From: an uncultured Candidatus Saccharibacteria bacterium
GTDB taxonomy: Bacteria; Patescibacteriota; Minisyncoccia; Phycocordibacterales; UBA1006
Assembly (NCBI GenBank): GCA_964350165.1
Contig: CAYGJA010000004.1
Location: 7,638-71,637, forward strand
Reading direction: 5' to 3'
DNA: 64,000 bases
Made by a program: the position numbers and the translations under genes. Below, in pieces: positions 10,112-19,910 of the stretch. The notes beneath the pieces are model-generated. The model did not search any database. It was given only the letters and a program-made list of their open reading frames with translations, and was not told the origin of the DNA. Numbering within the stretch: position 1 is the first letter of the stretch; every line of letters begins with the position of its first letter.

Positions 10112-11461
10112 TTAGTAAATGTCAGATTCGGGTAGACCATATTGAGAATGCATGTATTCAACCAAATCTGAGCGTTCAATAGCATTGGGAACTGGTAAAA
10201 CCTCGAGGGTTTCGGCAGAAAAAGGAACGCTTAATTCTTCGTCGATCACAATACGACAGTACATTTGCCCGGGGCCAAGATTCTGTAAATCTCGAGAGTC
10301 AAAAACGGGTAGCATTTCGCTACGAAGTCGACTAGCGTCTTCACCAAATAGGCGAAAACAGAAAAAATTATCAGTACGAGCCAGCAATTGTTGAGTAGCA
10401 TCGCTGGTGATACTAAGGGTCGAATTCATAATAAGAGTAAAAGAAAGTCCGGTGGAGCGACTAGTACTAAGAAGTCCATGCAGAAGCTCGCTATCCAATC
10501 GAGGAAATTCATCAAGATAAAATGAGTAGTCTTTTCTCACTGCCTGAGTGTCTCGGGCGGGTCGGTTTTGGGCAAATTCCATAAAACGAGCCATGACCAA
10601 CGAGGCAAAAAAACCAGAAGCCGTCTCTCCCAAACGATCTGGCAAAAGTCTGATAAGAACTATTTTTTGTTCATCGATAAAAGATTCCATGGGCAAAGTA
10701 TCAAAAGTGTTTTGATAGATATCTTTGAGGCTCGGATGTGCAACCAAACTGCGAAGGATGTTTATTAGCGGCAGGATTGCGTCAGCTTCGTGTTTATTTT
10801 TCCAATTTGGATATTCTTCGCGCCAGAAATCAATCAGGGACTGGTCACTCAGTGTTTCGATCAGATCTGCGCGAATTTTTTCGTCTTTAAGAAATTCATA
10901 CGCCAGGTATAGACTGGGCTTGTCGCTATTCAGTATGGTTGCAAAAAGCGTGTGAGTCAGATGTTCTAATTGAGGATTCCATAAATTAGAATACATGCCC
11001 TGCAAGGTGCTTTCCATGATTCTAATCATGGGAAAAACAAAATCCTCAGAAATATCAGCCAGTGGATTGAGACGTATCCGAAGAGATGGATCCTGCGGGT
11101 CAAGAATAATTACATCTTTCAGTCTTGCTTCTGGAATATCTTTCATCAGTTCAGACACCAAGTCTCCTCGAAAATCAATCACACAAGCACCGTATCCATG
11201 AGCCAGGTCTTGACGAACCATGGCTTGGATAAATTTTGTCTTCCCCATACCAGGCCGACCAACAACCAAGGTGTTCCGACGACGGTCTCTGCGCCTGATA
11301 CCAAAGAGAAAGCGTTTTTGCTCGAGGGCCGCTTCGTAATTACTCCAAGCCACATACGAAACAAATTCTGGCTTTTCTCGACCGTACAGAGGCAGATTCT
11401 TGGGTGGTGGGGCCAGTTTTGAATCCTGAATTTTACTACTCTGGTCGCCCTGCTTATTCAT
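10112..11461 (-). CDS. Soluble VirD4/TraD-like P-loop ATPase, paralogue of the upstream gene
   Basis: Same domain order as 7686..10076: VVGRPGMGKTKF (Walker A), FYLDEFPRL (Walker B), conserved N-terminal RRxDRRxH/N motif (GIRRRDRRRNTLVVG vs GIQRQDRRQHMYILG). Confidence 0.5.
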   Translation of the reverse strand: MNKQGDQSSKIQDSKLAPPPKNLPLYGREKPEFVSYVAWSNYEAALEQKRFLFGIRRRDRRRNTLVVGRPGMGKTKFIQAMVRQDLAHGYGACVIDFRGDLVSELMKDIPEARLKDVIILDPQDPSLRIRLNPLADISEDFVFPMIRIMESTLQGMYSNLWNPQLEHLTHTLFATILNSDKPSLYLAYEFLKDEKIRADLIETLSDQSLIDFWREEYPNWKNKHEADAILPLINILRSLVAHPSLKDIYQNTFDTLPMESFIDEQKIVLIRLLPDRLGETASGFFASLVMARFMEFAQNRPARDTQAVRKDYSFYLDEFPRLDSELLHGLLSTSRSTGLSFTLIMNSTLSITSDATQQLLARTDNFFCFRLFGEDASRLRSEMLPVFDSRDLQNLGPGQMYCRIVIDEELSVPFSAETLEVLPVPNAIERSDLVEYMHSQYGLPESDIY

Positions 11462-12413
11462 TCGAGTCTGTTTTAGGGGTAGTAATTTGTCGCACCACTT
11501 GTTGTGGGAAAGGTATTTCTATCTCAGCCTCTTCGAAGGCAACTTTGATGCGGCGACGCAACTCTCCCGTTACTGACCATTGCTCTAGAGGTTTCGTCTC
11601 ACCCAGAATCTTTACGATAACAGCCGAATCTGCCAGCTCGTCAACACGCAAAAACTGAGGTGCCTGAATAATTTTGTCTTTCCATTCAGGGTCTTCAGCT
11701 AATTCAGTTCCTACACGATTGATTACTTTAATGGCTTCTTCCAGCTTTGTTTCGTAGCTTACGCCAACGTCTAAGTTTATCCTGGAGAAATCTTTGGACA
11801 TATTTGACGTGATTTTAATTTCTCCATTAGGAACATGGTGAACAACACCATCTAGATCCCGCAGAGTTGTGGCTCGCAGGTTGATGGCCTCAACAGCTCC
11901 GCAAGTTGCCCCAAAGCAAACCACGTCTCCTACGCGATACTGATTTTCAAAAACAATAAAAAATCCATTAATCAGGTCGCGAACCAGGTACTGTGCACCA
12001 AAGCCAAGCGCCACGCCAGCGATACCCGCTCCAGCCAAAAGGGGGCCTATGTTGATTGACAGTTCACCCAGAATCATGAGTCCGGCGACTACCCAGATCA
12101 CAACATTCAAGAGACCCTTAAAAAGCCCTATCAAAGTATCTTCTCTTTTTATCTCAGCGCTCTTGGTTAAAAAGATAGACCCAGGTACCGCACGCCTGAT
12201 GATTCGATCGATAAAACGTAGTGCGACGGTCTTTAGAAGTAGAGCCATCAAAAAAATAAAAAGAATCTTGAGTCCGTGTGTAAAGATCCAGGGCAAGATG
12301 GTTTCGGAAAGTAAATTATTTAAATCTTGGGTCGTAATAGCGATATTCATAACAAAACAAAAAGGTCTGTTACCGAGTAGTGCCTCTATTATACACTCCT
12401 TTGTCGACGCCAT
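11454..12413 (-). CDS. mscS: Small-conductance mechanosensitive channel (MscS family)
   Basis: TM helices followed by the conserved MscS pore/beta-domain region (GPLLAGAGIAGVALGFGAQYLVRDLINGFFIVFENQYRVGDVV). Alternative start at Met 12347 would remove the overlap with the upstream methyltransferase. Confidence 0.8.
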   Translation of the reverse strand: MASTKECIIEALLGNRPFCFVMNIAITTQDLNNLLSETILPWIFTHGLKILFIFLMALLLKTVALRFIDRIIRRAVPGSIFLTKSAEIKREDTLIGLFKGLLNVVIWVVAGLMILGELSINIGPLLAGAGIAGVALGFGAQYLVRDLINGFFIVFENQYRVGDVVCFGATCGAVEAINLRATTLRDLDGVVHHVPNGEIKITSNMSKDFSRINLDVGVSYETKLEEAIKVINRVGTELAEDPEWKDKIIQAPQFLRVDELADSAVIVKILGETKPLEQWSVTGELRRRIKVAFEEAEIEIPFPQQVVRQITTPKTDSNE

Positions 12414-13144
12414 TCGTACATGAGAAGGGCGGCACTTACCGAAGCATTCAACGACTCTACTTCTCGGTTCATCGGTATAGACAAAAGGAAATCACAAGCC
12501 TTCAGGGTGCTGTCTTTTAGTCCTACTCCTTCGTTGCCGACGATAAAGGCCATGGGGCTACCTGATAGTTGCGAATTACCTTCTATTGATTCTCCGTCCA
12601 TGGCTAGGCCAGCAATCCAATATTTTTGTTTTTTCAGAGCTTCGATGGTGTTGACGAGATTGCTCACCCGAGCAATGGGTACCCTTCCTACCGTACCAGC
12701 CGAAGTTTTGAATGAAGTGGCGTTCACTGGAGCCTGGCTGTGGTTAAGCATTACCAGGCCATCAACCCCAAGCGCGGTTGCACTTCGGATAATGGCTCCG
12801 ACATTGTGGGGATCCTCGATTTGTTCCATGATCAAAATAGCTGGATTCTCTGTTTTGATGTCGGCTAACATGTCGTCAAGACCAACATAATCAAAGGACT
12901 TCATTTTGATAACGACCCCCTGATGCTTTACTTGTCCCACATACTCACGCATGTTTTTTTCGGGCACTTGGCGAACGGTAACGCCTATTTTTCTGGCCAC
13001 GGTGGCTACTAGCGACAGATCTTCACTTTCGCCGGCTTTGCCCTGGAGAACATACATCTCGAGAATTCGTTCTGGTTGGTGAGTGAGGATTTCCTTGGCT
13101 ACGTTAATTCCGTAGACATAGAGTTTTGAATTTCTATTTTTCAT
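12389..13144 (-). CDS. SpoU/TrmH-family rRNA 2'-O-methyltransferase (RlmB-like)
   Basis: 251 aa; N-terminal L30e-like substrate-binding region plus SpoU methylase motifs (GNEGVGL, LSIPMNREVESLNASVSAALLMYE). Confidence 0.8.
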   Translation of the reverse strand: MKNRNSKLYVYGINVAKEILTHQPERILEMYVLQGKAGESEDLSLVATVARKIGVTVRQVPEKNMREYVGQVKHQGVVIKMKSFDYVGLDDMLADIKTENPAILIMEQIEDPHNVGAIIRSATALGVDGLVMLNHSQAPVNATSFKTSAGTVGRVPIARVSNLVNTIEALKKQKYWIAGLAMDGESIEGNSQLSGSPMAFIVGNEGVGLKDSTLKACDFLLSIPMNREVESLNASVSAALLMYEWRRQRSV

Positions 13145-13167
13145 ATTGACAGATTACGTTATTTATT

Positions 13168-13210
13168 CCAAAAAACAAGCGGAAATTGGTTTAGAAGAAC
13201 CAATTTCCGC
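13168..13210 (-). terminator. Rho-independent terminator of the 13221..13892 gene
   Basis: 11-bp perfect stem gcggaaattgg/ccaatttccgc with 8-nt loop, followed on the minus strand by TTGTTTTTTGG. Confidence 0.6.
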
Positions 13211-13220
13211 CGTCCAAGGC

Positions 13221-13892
13221 CTAGCATCCTTTTAACCACTCTTCATCAGAGCAGATTTGGATACGAGTGTCCCACCCTAGTGTTTGCTGTCCTCCCCCAA
13301 AGGGACCAGAGAGGTCGTGACAGCTTTTGTGTGAATAGCGCATGGTTTCCGCCGAAAAGATCTGGCCGGATTCTGGATCAAATACGCGCACGGCATAAAG
13401 CGATTTGGCTGCAACGATCACCGTCTCGTATGCTGTATCTAGCAAGACATCCAGATATCTGCCGTCTGGTGACACCAAGGGAATAATCTCATGACTGGGG
13501 CCACGATTGATATATGCGACCAGTCGCACCTCATGGTTCCCGTCTTGATCTAGATAGTTCTGCCACCCTAGTCGTACGGCTTGGGTGGGGCCATAACTTT
13601 TCCCCGCTCGGAAACCTTTGGTATCCACCAGACCCAGAACCTTGGAAACATCCATAAAGTCCTCGTGGCTGGCATCAATATCCGAGTATCGCAAGTCCGT
13701 TAGAAAAGTCACGGTTGCCCGAATGGAGTCCAGGCAGACCCTTGGTTTTTTCATACTGCTGCCGTGCGCGTTGGCCGCAATAGTCACTATTTGACATTTT
13801 TGGCCATGGCTAGGCAAAAGGCATTCTGGCTCGATCTTGTTGCAGGAGAGCGCTGGCACAAGGACCAAGACTAAAAAAAGAACTTTCATCAT
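13221..13892 (-). CDS. Secreted Cys-containing hypothetical protein (223 aa)
   Basis: Signal peptide MMKVLFLVLVLVPALSC; several Cys pairs; visibly GC-richer than its neighbours; own strong terminator. No family recognised. Confidence 0.4.
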   Translation of the reverse strand: MMKVLFLVLVLVPALSCNKIEPECLLPSHGQKCQIVTIAANAHGSSMKKPRVCLDSIRATVTFLTDLRYSDIDASHEDFMDVSKVLGLVDTKGFRAGKSYGPTQAVRLGWQNYLDQDGNHEVRLVAYINRGPSHEIIPLVSPDGRYLDVLLDTAYETVIVAAKSLYAVRVFDPESGQIFSAETMRYSHKSCHDLSGPFGGGQQTLGWDTRIQICSDEEWLKGC

Positions 13893-13978
13893 ATTGATAC
13901 AAATAACAAGGTTTCCTCTAGTCTACGAGAATCAACAGGCAAAAACTAGTATTTTTACGCTCGGTCTATACTGTCGAC

Positions 13979-14434
13979 ATGAAGAAAATAGAGAAAATCG
14001 ATCGCCAATTATTAGGAACCTTTCGAAAAATCAGCGAACCTTCGGCTCGAATCGCTTTGTTTGTCATATTTTTTTGGTTTGGCATCCTCAAGGTAATTGG
14101 CACCAGTCCGGCCTTGGGTCTTGTTCAGGAACTTTTCAATACCACGTTTCTCTCTCCGCTTCCCTTTGGTGTTTTCTTTGCAGTATTTGGTGCCTACGAA
14201 ATGATTATTGGTATTTTGTTTCTTTCGCGTCGCTCTGAACGTATTGCCATTGCGCTCCTTATTCCCCACATGATTATGACCATGATGCCCCTGTTTCTCA
14301 TGCCTGACGCTGCTTGGCAAAGTTTCCTTACCCCTACGCTAGAGGGTCAATATATTATAAAAAATCTCGCTCTGATTGCCCTGGCTTTTTTTACGACCAT
14401 CCACCTGCGTCCGATTCATATTCATAAAAAATAG
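13979..14434 (+). CDS. Small integral membrane protein (4 predicted TM helices; DoxX/DUF417-like)
   Basis: Hydrophobic helices IALFVIFFWFGILKVIG, FGVFFAVFGAYEMIIGILFL, ALLIPHMIMTMMPLFL, LALIALAFFTTI. Confidence 0.45.
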   Translation: MKKIEKIDRQLLGTFRKISEPSARIALFVIFFWFGILKVIGTSPALGLVQELFNTTFLSPLPFGVFFAVFGAYEMIIGILFLSRRSERIAIALLIPHMIMTMMPLFLMPDAAWQSFLTPTLEGQYIIKNLALIALAFFTTIHLRPIHIHKK

Positions 14435-14578
14435 AGTTCCGGTATTTGCCGTGGTTTTATTTCTTAGCAGGAGAAGGATTTTTATTGTTCATCTCAAGGA
14501 GACAGAGTTATCCCCGTTTTCCAGAGTCAGATCTCAGCAGAGTATTTATATCCAAAATAATATAATGAATACCAGTAA

Positions 14579-15584
14579 ATGAACAAACAAGATCCTAAAA
14601 AAATTGCTCAAGAATTTTTCTCAATCACAGGCACTTCTCTTGAGAAAATATCGATTGGTTTTACAAACAACACTTATCGATTGGTGGCAAAAAAAACAGA
14701 CGTACATTATACAGGGGTTATCCTCATTCATTACTCAACAAATGGTAGAAGATCAATACCTAATTGCTTCTGCCTTACTTAAAAAAGGCTTTTCTATACC
14801 TTCCTATCTACAGACCCAAAAAGGCACCCACTCGCACCAAGATCAGGGCGGTACCATATGGCGTTGTTATCCAGAAATCTCTGGAGATGTGGCAGAAATA
14901 AATACAAAAGAAATCCAACCTTTGGCTGCTTTTATTAGCGATATGCAAGAAATTTTAAAAACCATCGATTCCAAAACAATTGATTTTCGAAATCATACAA
15001 CCAAAAATACTTTTTGCCCACAAATAACTTTCGAAAATTTTATTCAAGCAAAAAACGACCTCAACTTTAAAAAAATAAAAAAAGAAACAAGAGACCTCTG
15101 CCTGTTGATAGAGAGAACATATCTTTCTTTTGCTTCAAAAAATCCAATAGAGAACATTCACTCGCTTCCAAAAATAATCGTTCACGGAGACTTAAAAAAT
15201 TCAAATATATTATGGAGTAAAAATAAAGTGGTGGGTGTAATTGATCTTGACACTCTTCAATTTAAGCCATTCATTTGGGAAATAGCCGAAGGCTGTAGGA
15301 ATTGGTTTCAAAATGGTGACGATGATAATCTGGGTAACACAAAATTCAAAAAAGAAGACTTCAAGACTTTTTTGTCTCTCTACCGGCCTCCTTTTGAAAT
15401 AAAAAATACAGAAGAAGTAATTATCACAGCTCTAAGGTATGTGGTGCTCCAAGCGGCCATGCGTTTCGCCAGAGACTCCGTTAAACAAAATTATTTTCAA
15501 TTATCTTCCAGATATCCAAACCTCGAAATTCAGAATAAAACACGAGCTCAAAAACAGTTGGATATTTTTTCTCAGCTCTTCTGA
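14579..15584 (+). pseudogene. Aminoglycoside/choline-kinase-fold phosphotransferase (APH-like) split by a +1 frameshift
   Basis: N-terminal nucleotide-binding segment (IGFTNNTYRLVAKKTD) is in frame 2 (ORF 14579..14782). Catalytic core HGDLKNSNIL...VIDLD is in frame 0 (ORF 14604..15584). The frames meet at an A8 run (14689-14696) or a G4 run (14714-14717). Confidence 0.5.
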
Positions 15585-15645
15585 AATAGAGTCATTTTTT
15601 GAAAAATATCCCAAAACAAAACCACCTGTAAGTAGGTGGTTTTGT

Positions 15646-15722
15646 TGGTGGACCCGACAGGAATCGAACCTGCGACCTCCTGAGTGCAAAACAGGTGCTC
15701 TAGCCAACTGAGCTACGGGCCC
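15646..15722 (-). tRNA. tRNA-Ala (anticodon TGC), CCA encoded
   Basis: Hand-folded cloverleaf: acceptor gggcccg/cgggtcc with the G3:U70 alanine identity pair, D-arm gctc-agttggcta-gagc, anticodon loop ttTGCac, T-loop ttcgatt, 3' ACCA. Confidence 0.9.
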
Positions 15723-15933
15723 ATTAGCCAGCCTTGCGGCCGACCATGTAAGCACAACTCTCTATACAATACGTATAACTTTATGCTTACGAATTGTATG
15801 TTCGAAGAACAACTGGGGAGATTGTAATAGAAACCCGCGTTTTTGCAAGTTATGGGTAGGGGTTAGTCTTGAATTTTTCTCATAGGTTTGGTGGTATAGC
15901 TCCAAAAAAATAATATATGAGAAAATTAGAAGT

Positions 15934-17250
15934 CTAGCCATCTATCCAATTGTTGTTGTTTTTTATAAGGGCTTCACCTATTAAATTTGTTTCACCAGCG
16001 CCAACCGTAAGTATTAAGCTATTTTTTTTAATATTAAGCCTTTCCAACAGATTCATGGTGTCATCGTGTGACTTTGTAGTGTGTACGACCAGATTGGGTA
16101 TGGCAAGGCGAATTTCTTCACAGAGCCTTTCGCTGGTAGTTGTTCCGTCCGGGATTTCTCGCGCTGGATAGATTGGCATTACTACAAGAGATTCGAGAGA
16201 TGGTATGTTTTTGAAGGATAAAATAAAATCATCAAACAAAGCTCTGGTGCGACTGTAAGTATGAGGCTGGAATATAAGTGTAATTTTCTTATTAGGAAAC
16301 ACCTTCACGACGCCGGCTAGAAGTGCTGAAATTTCTGTTGGGTGATGAGCGTAATCATCATACACTTTGGCGGCGCGGTATTTTCCTAAGTACTCAAAAC
16401 GTCGCCAAGTTCCGGTAAACTCTGATAGGGATTTGCGCGCTTTATTTTCGTCGATACCTAGTTGGTTTGCAATTGATAAGGCCAACTTTGCATTCGCCAA
16501 ATTGTAATCAGAAGGAAAGTGTAGTTTTGGATTAGTAAAATTATCATAAATATTTGCTTTTTTGACCCTAAGCTGATTTTTGGTAAAAATGTTCGTGAAT
16601 AATTTTCCATCAATTTGTAGTCTGGCTATAAACTCTTTAAAGGTATCTTCGAGATCCGTTAAGCTTTCGTAGCAATCAACATGATCGAGCTCTACATTGG
16701 TAATACCAATCATATAAGGCGAAAGAGATAGAAAATTACGCTTATATTCGTCGGCTTCCAGTAGTAAATACTGACTCTGTCCTTGAATGTAATTTGAGCC
16801 ATATTCGCGAATCAAGCTTCCCACGATTACCGTTGGGCTTAGACCAGCGTCAACCATTATTTTTGCCAACATAGCAGTTGTTGTTGTTTTACCGTGTGTG
16901 CCGGCAATGGCAATAGTCTTGTATTTTTTTGAAAGTTCCGTACGTACTTCTGGATAGGACATCAATTTTTCCTTATATCTTTGTTTTAAATCTGACAATA
17001 ATTTTGAAGCATAATTTTCAAGAGCAATTGTGTAAACCACTAAATCAACTTTGGCTGGAATTTGAGATATATCTTGCCCTTTTAAAAAACTAACTCCAAG
17101 GTATTCAAGTTCGCGTGTTATTCTTGATTCTGACAAATCAGAGCCAGAGACCCTTACTCCACGATTCAAGAACATCCGCGCAATTGCCGATACGCCAATT
17201 CCGCCAATTCCAAAAAAATGCACACTCTTAAGATTATCAAGATCTAGCAT
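15934..17250 (-). CDS. murC: UDP-N-acetylmuramate--L-alanine ligase
   Basis: N-terminal HFFGIGGIGVSAIARMFLNRGVRVSGSD and Mur-ligase P-loop AIAGTHGKTTTTAM; 438 aa. Confidence 0.9.
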   Translation of the reverse strand: MLDLDNLKSVHFFGIGGIGVSAIARMFLNRGVRVSGSDLSESRITRELEYLGVSFLKGQDISQIPAKVDLVVYTIALENYASKLLSDLKQRYKEKLMSYPEVRTELSKKYKTIAIAGTHGKTTTTAMLAKIMVDAGLSPTVIVGSLIREYGSNYIQGQSQYLLLEADEYKRNFLSLSPYMIGITNVELDHVDCYESLTDLEDTFKEFIARLQIDGKLFTNIFTKNQLRVKKANIYDNFTNPKLHFPSDYNLANAKLALSIANQLGIDENKARKSLSEFTGTWRRFEYLGKYRAAKVYDDYAHHPTEISALLAGVVKVFPNKKITLIFQPHTYSRTRALFDDFILSFKNIPSLESLVVMPIYPAREIPDGTTTSERLCEEIRLAIPNLVVHTTKSHDDTMNLLERLNIKKNSLILTVGAGETNLIGEALIKNNNNWIDG

Positions 17251-18586
17251 AAGTCTTGATTAAAGATATAAACTGGTCGTTTCGGTCGTATTCATTGGCA
17301 AACATTCCAAACGAAGCAAAAGCCGGACTGAATAATAGAGTGGATTGTTTCTGAATTGCCTCCGTAAGACCCAGCTGGACCGCTTGTGTAAATTCGGTAG
17401 CTAGAGTGTGGGAGATATTGGCTTTTTTTAGTAAGGGAAGCAGTTCGTCTGTTCCAGATCCAGGTATCAAGACTAGACCAGTTATATTGGTTGCTTGTTT
17501 TAGGTTATTAACCAGGCTATCAAGGCTTAGTTTTTTTGATGCACCGCCCAAGATAACAACTAATTTTTTCTCTGACAACGCCACTATCCCCGCTTCGGTA
17601 GCCGTCGGAGTAGTGGCGTTGTTGTCGTTATAAACAGGGCAAAGCAAGCCAGATATGGACATTTTTTCGAGTCGACCTTCAGGCCCGTGCAAATCCTTTA
17701 AAGCCTGCCTGGCAACACTATTTGATACTCCCAAGGATTTGGTTGCCAAAAGTGCACAGGCAGCATTTCTGCGGTTATGATCGCCAGGCATTCGAATTGT
17801 CCAATCGTTTGGCATTGTTTCGTTATTTGCTATCTGAGCATAATTAGGCAGAGGATAACCGTAATATCTAGCTAATTCTGGAATTGATTCTCCAACAATA
17901 AGGATATCTTTTTGTGTTTGATTTAAGTAAATAGAAGCTTTGTCTTTAAAGTAAAGCTGGCGATTGTTGCCGTAGTAATTTAAATGATCATCCATGAAGT
18001 TTGTAAAGACTGCGATGTGCGGACTCAAGCCACTATCTCGAAATCCTTGTAATTGCCATGAATCAAGTTCAAGAACAACATAATCGCCAGGCTTTACTAT
18101 GTCTAAAAGTGGCAAAGTGGCTGTTCCGCGAAGGTTGCCAGCAGTATAAACTTTTTTGCCAGCAGCTTTTAGTATTTCAGAAATCATTATCGTGGTTGTT
18201 GACTTTCCTCTTGTACCCGTGATTCCAATTATTATGACCCCTTCCGGTACAAGTTCCGCAAACCAGGAAGCATCCATTTTTATCGAGATTCCAGCTTGGT
18301 GAGAAAGTTTCAACAAAGGAGAATCAAGTGGCACTCCGGCTCCTTTTAAAATAAAATCAGTCTCTACAAAATCAACCTCTTTGTGCTCACCAAGTACAAA
18401 ATTTACCGGATGTAATCCTTCTGACTTATTGACAATTTCTATACTGTGACTCAATTCTAGCTGAGACTTTAGGTCTGTTATTGTTAGTTTGGCTCCTTTT
18501 TTCCTAATAAAGCAAGCGTCTTGTATGCCACGACCCAGTAATCCAAGACCCATTTGGGTTATTCTTTTGTTAAGAAAATGATTCAT
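17237..18586 (-). CDS. murD: UDP-N-acetylmuramoylalanine--D-glutamate ligase
   Basis: GITGTRGKSTTTIMISEIL P-loop; 449 aa; overlaps the murC start by 14 nt (operonic). Confidence 0.9.
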   Translation of the reverse strand: MNHFLNKRITQMGLGLLGRGIQDACFIRKKGAKLTITDLKSQLELSHSIEIVNKSEGLHPVNFVLGEHKEVDFVETDFILKGAGVPLDSPLLKLSHQAGISIKMDASWFAELVPEGVIIIGITGTRGKSTTTIMISEILKAAGKKVYTAGNLRGTATLPLLDIVKPGDYVVLELDSWQLQGFRDSGLSPHIAVFTNFMDDHLNYYGNNRQLYFKDKASIYLNQTQKDILIVGESIPELARYYGYPLPNYAQIANNETMPNDWTIRMPGDHNRRNAACALLATKSLGVSNSVARQALKDLHGPEGRLEKMSISGLLCPVYNDNNATTPTATEAGIVALSEKKLVVILGGASKKLSLDSLVNNLKQATNITGLVLIPGSGTDELLPLLKKANISHTLATEFTQAVQLGLTEAIQKQSTLLFSPAFASFGMFANEYDRNDQFISLIKTYARS

Positions 18587-18611
18587 GATTAGTTTGATAT
18601 TTATGCGAACC

Positions 18612-19772
18612 TTAATTCACAACAATGCGAGGTATTCGACTTGCCAGAGTAGATCCTATTCTGGTTGGAACCTCGTATGGAATTTTATCGGTCCAGCTTG
18701 CTATTTCTTCGGCTGTTATTTCACTGGCCCCTTGTCTACCCAATAACACAACCTCATCTTCTGGCCGGACTTGCCCACATTCGGTGCAATCAACCATTAT
18801 GTTATTCATACTAACCCTTCCAACCACTGGTGCAATTTTTCCATTAATAAGGACATGACCCACATTGCCAGCCCGACGATCAAAACCCTCGTAATAACCA
18901 ATGGGAATAATCGCCAGGCGTGTTTTGCGCCTGGCCGTAAAGGTCCGACCATAACCTACGCTTTCTCCTGGTTTTATCTCCTTTACCTGGGCAACAAGCG
19001 CCTTCCAGGTAAAAGCGGTCAAGAGAGTCAATTGAGGGTTTTTTAATCTAGCCTTGATGCGCGTAGTTATTGATGGCCAAATACCGTAGCAGGCAATACC
19101 AGGACGTACAAAATTAAGATGCATTTCTGGATATAATATTGTTGCAGCTGAATTGGCAATATGATAATAACTAGGCTTTATTCCAGATTGAACAAAAATC
19201 TCAAAGCATTCTTGGAATTTTTTAAATTGGAAATTTGCAAACTCTTTTGACGTCGTATCTTCAATATTAGCAAAATGTGATGTTATTCCTACTAACTTCA
19301 AAGCAGGGTGAGTGTCTGTAAATTTTGCTAATTTCACAACCTCGTCGATTGAGATTCCTTGACGATTAAGACCAGTCTCAAGTTTTATATGAACCCTTGC
19401 GACTGAATTATTTTTTTTAGCCAAATCAGCCAAGACCCGTAGTCGTAGAAGGTCATAGACGACAATATCAAATGAGTATTGAATAATATCGCCCAATCTG
19501 TCTTTTGGCACAAAACCTAGTATATATATTGGTGCGTTAATTCCAGCCTGCCTAATTTCTAAGGCTTCATCAATAGAGTGAACCGCTAGCCAGTCTGCTC
19601 CAGCCTCTAAAAATATCTGACTGGCCAGAACGGCGCCATGACCATAAGCATTAGCTTTAACGGTGGCACAGAGGATGGTTTTTGGTGAAATTAGACTACG
19701 TATAGTGGCAATATTATGAGAAAGAGCCATACGAGAAATCTCTATCCAAGTAGTGTGGTTTTTTGTTCTCAT
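18612..19772 (-). CDS. alr: Alanine racemase
   Basis: PLP-binding motif ATVKANAYGHG near the N-terminus; about 386 aa from Met at 19772 (MRTKNHTTWIEISR...). The longer ORF to 19943 would run into the tRNA. Confidence 0.85.
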   Translation of the reverse strand: MRTKNHTTWIEISRMALSHNIATIRSLISPKTILCATVKANAYGHGAVLASQIFLEAGADWLAVHSIDEALEIRQAGINAPIYILGFVPKDRLGDIIQYSFDIVVYDLLRLRVLADLAKKNNSVARVHIKLETGLNRQGISIDEVVKLAKFTDTHPALKLVGITSHFANIEDTTSKEFANFQFKKFQECFEIFVQSGIKPSYYHIANSAATILYPEMHLNFVRPGIACYGIWPSITTRIKARLKNPQLTLLTAFTWKALVAQVKEIKPGESVGYGRTFTARRKTRLAIIPIGYYEGFDRRAGNVGHVLINGKIAPVVGRVSMNNIMVDCTECGQVRPEDEVVLLGRQGASEITAEEIASWTDKIPYEVPTRIGSTLASRIPRIVVN

Positions 19773-19910
19773 GACAGCAAGAGTATAACAAGGGGCGACT
19801 TTATTTTTTCTAAAGAAAGTATCCTTTCGGCCTAGGCAACTTGTGGCAACCAGCAAACACCCAAAAGAGGCTCGCCAGCGTGCAGCCTGATGTGATAATA
19901 TTTCGATTAC

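Noticed and set aside
15439-15755. Two overlapping ORFs (15439..15711 +, 15501..15755 -) in the ORF track
   Set aside because: Both run through the tRNA-Ala(TGC) gene; the translations (GGRRFDSCRVHQ..., ...TRQESNLRPPECKTGALAN) are readings of a tRNA gene, so these are spurious.
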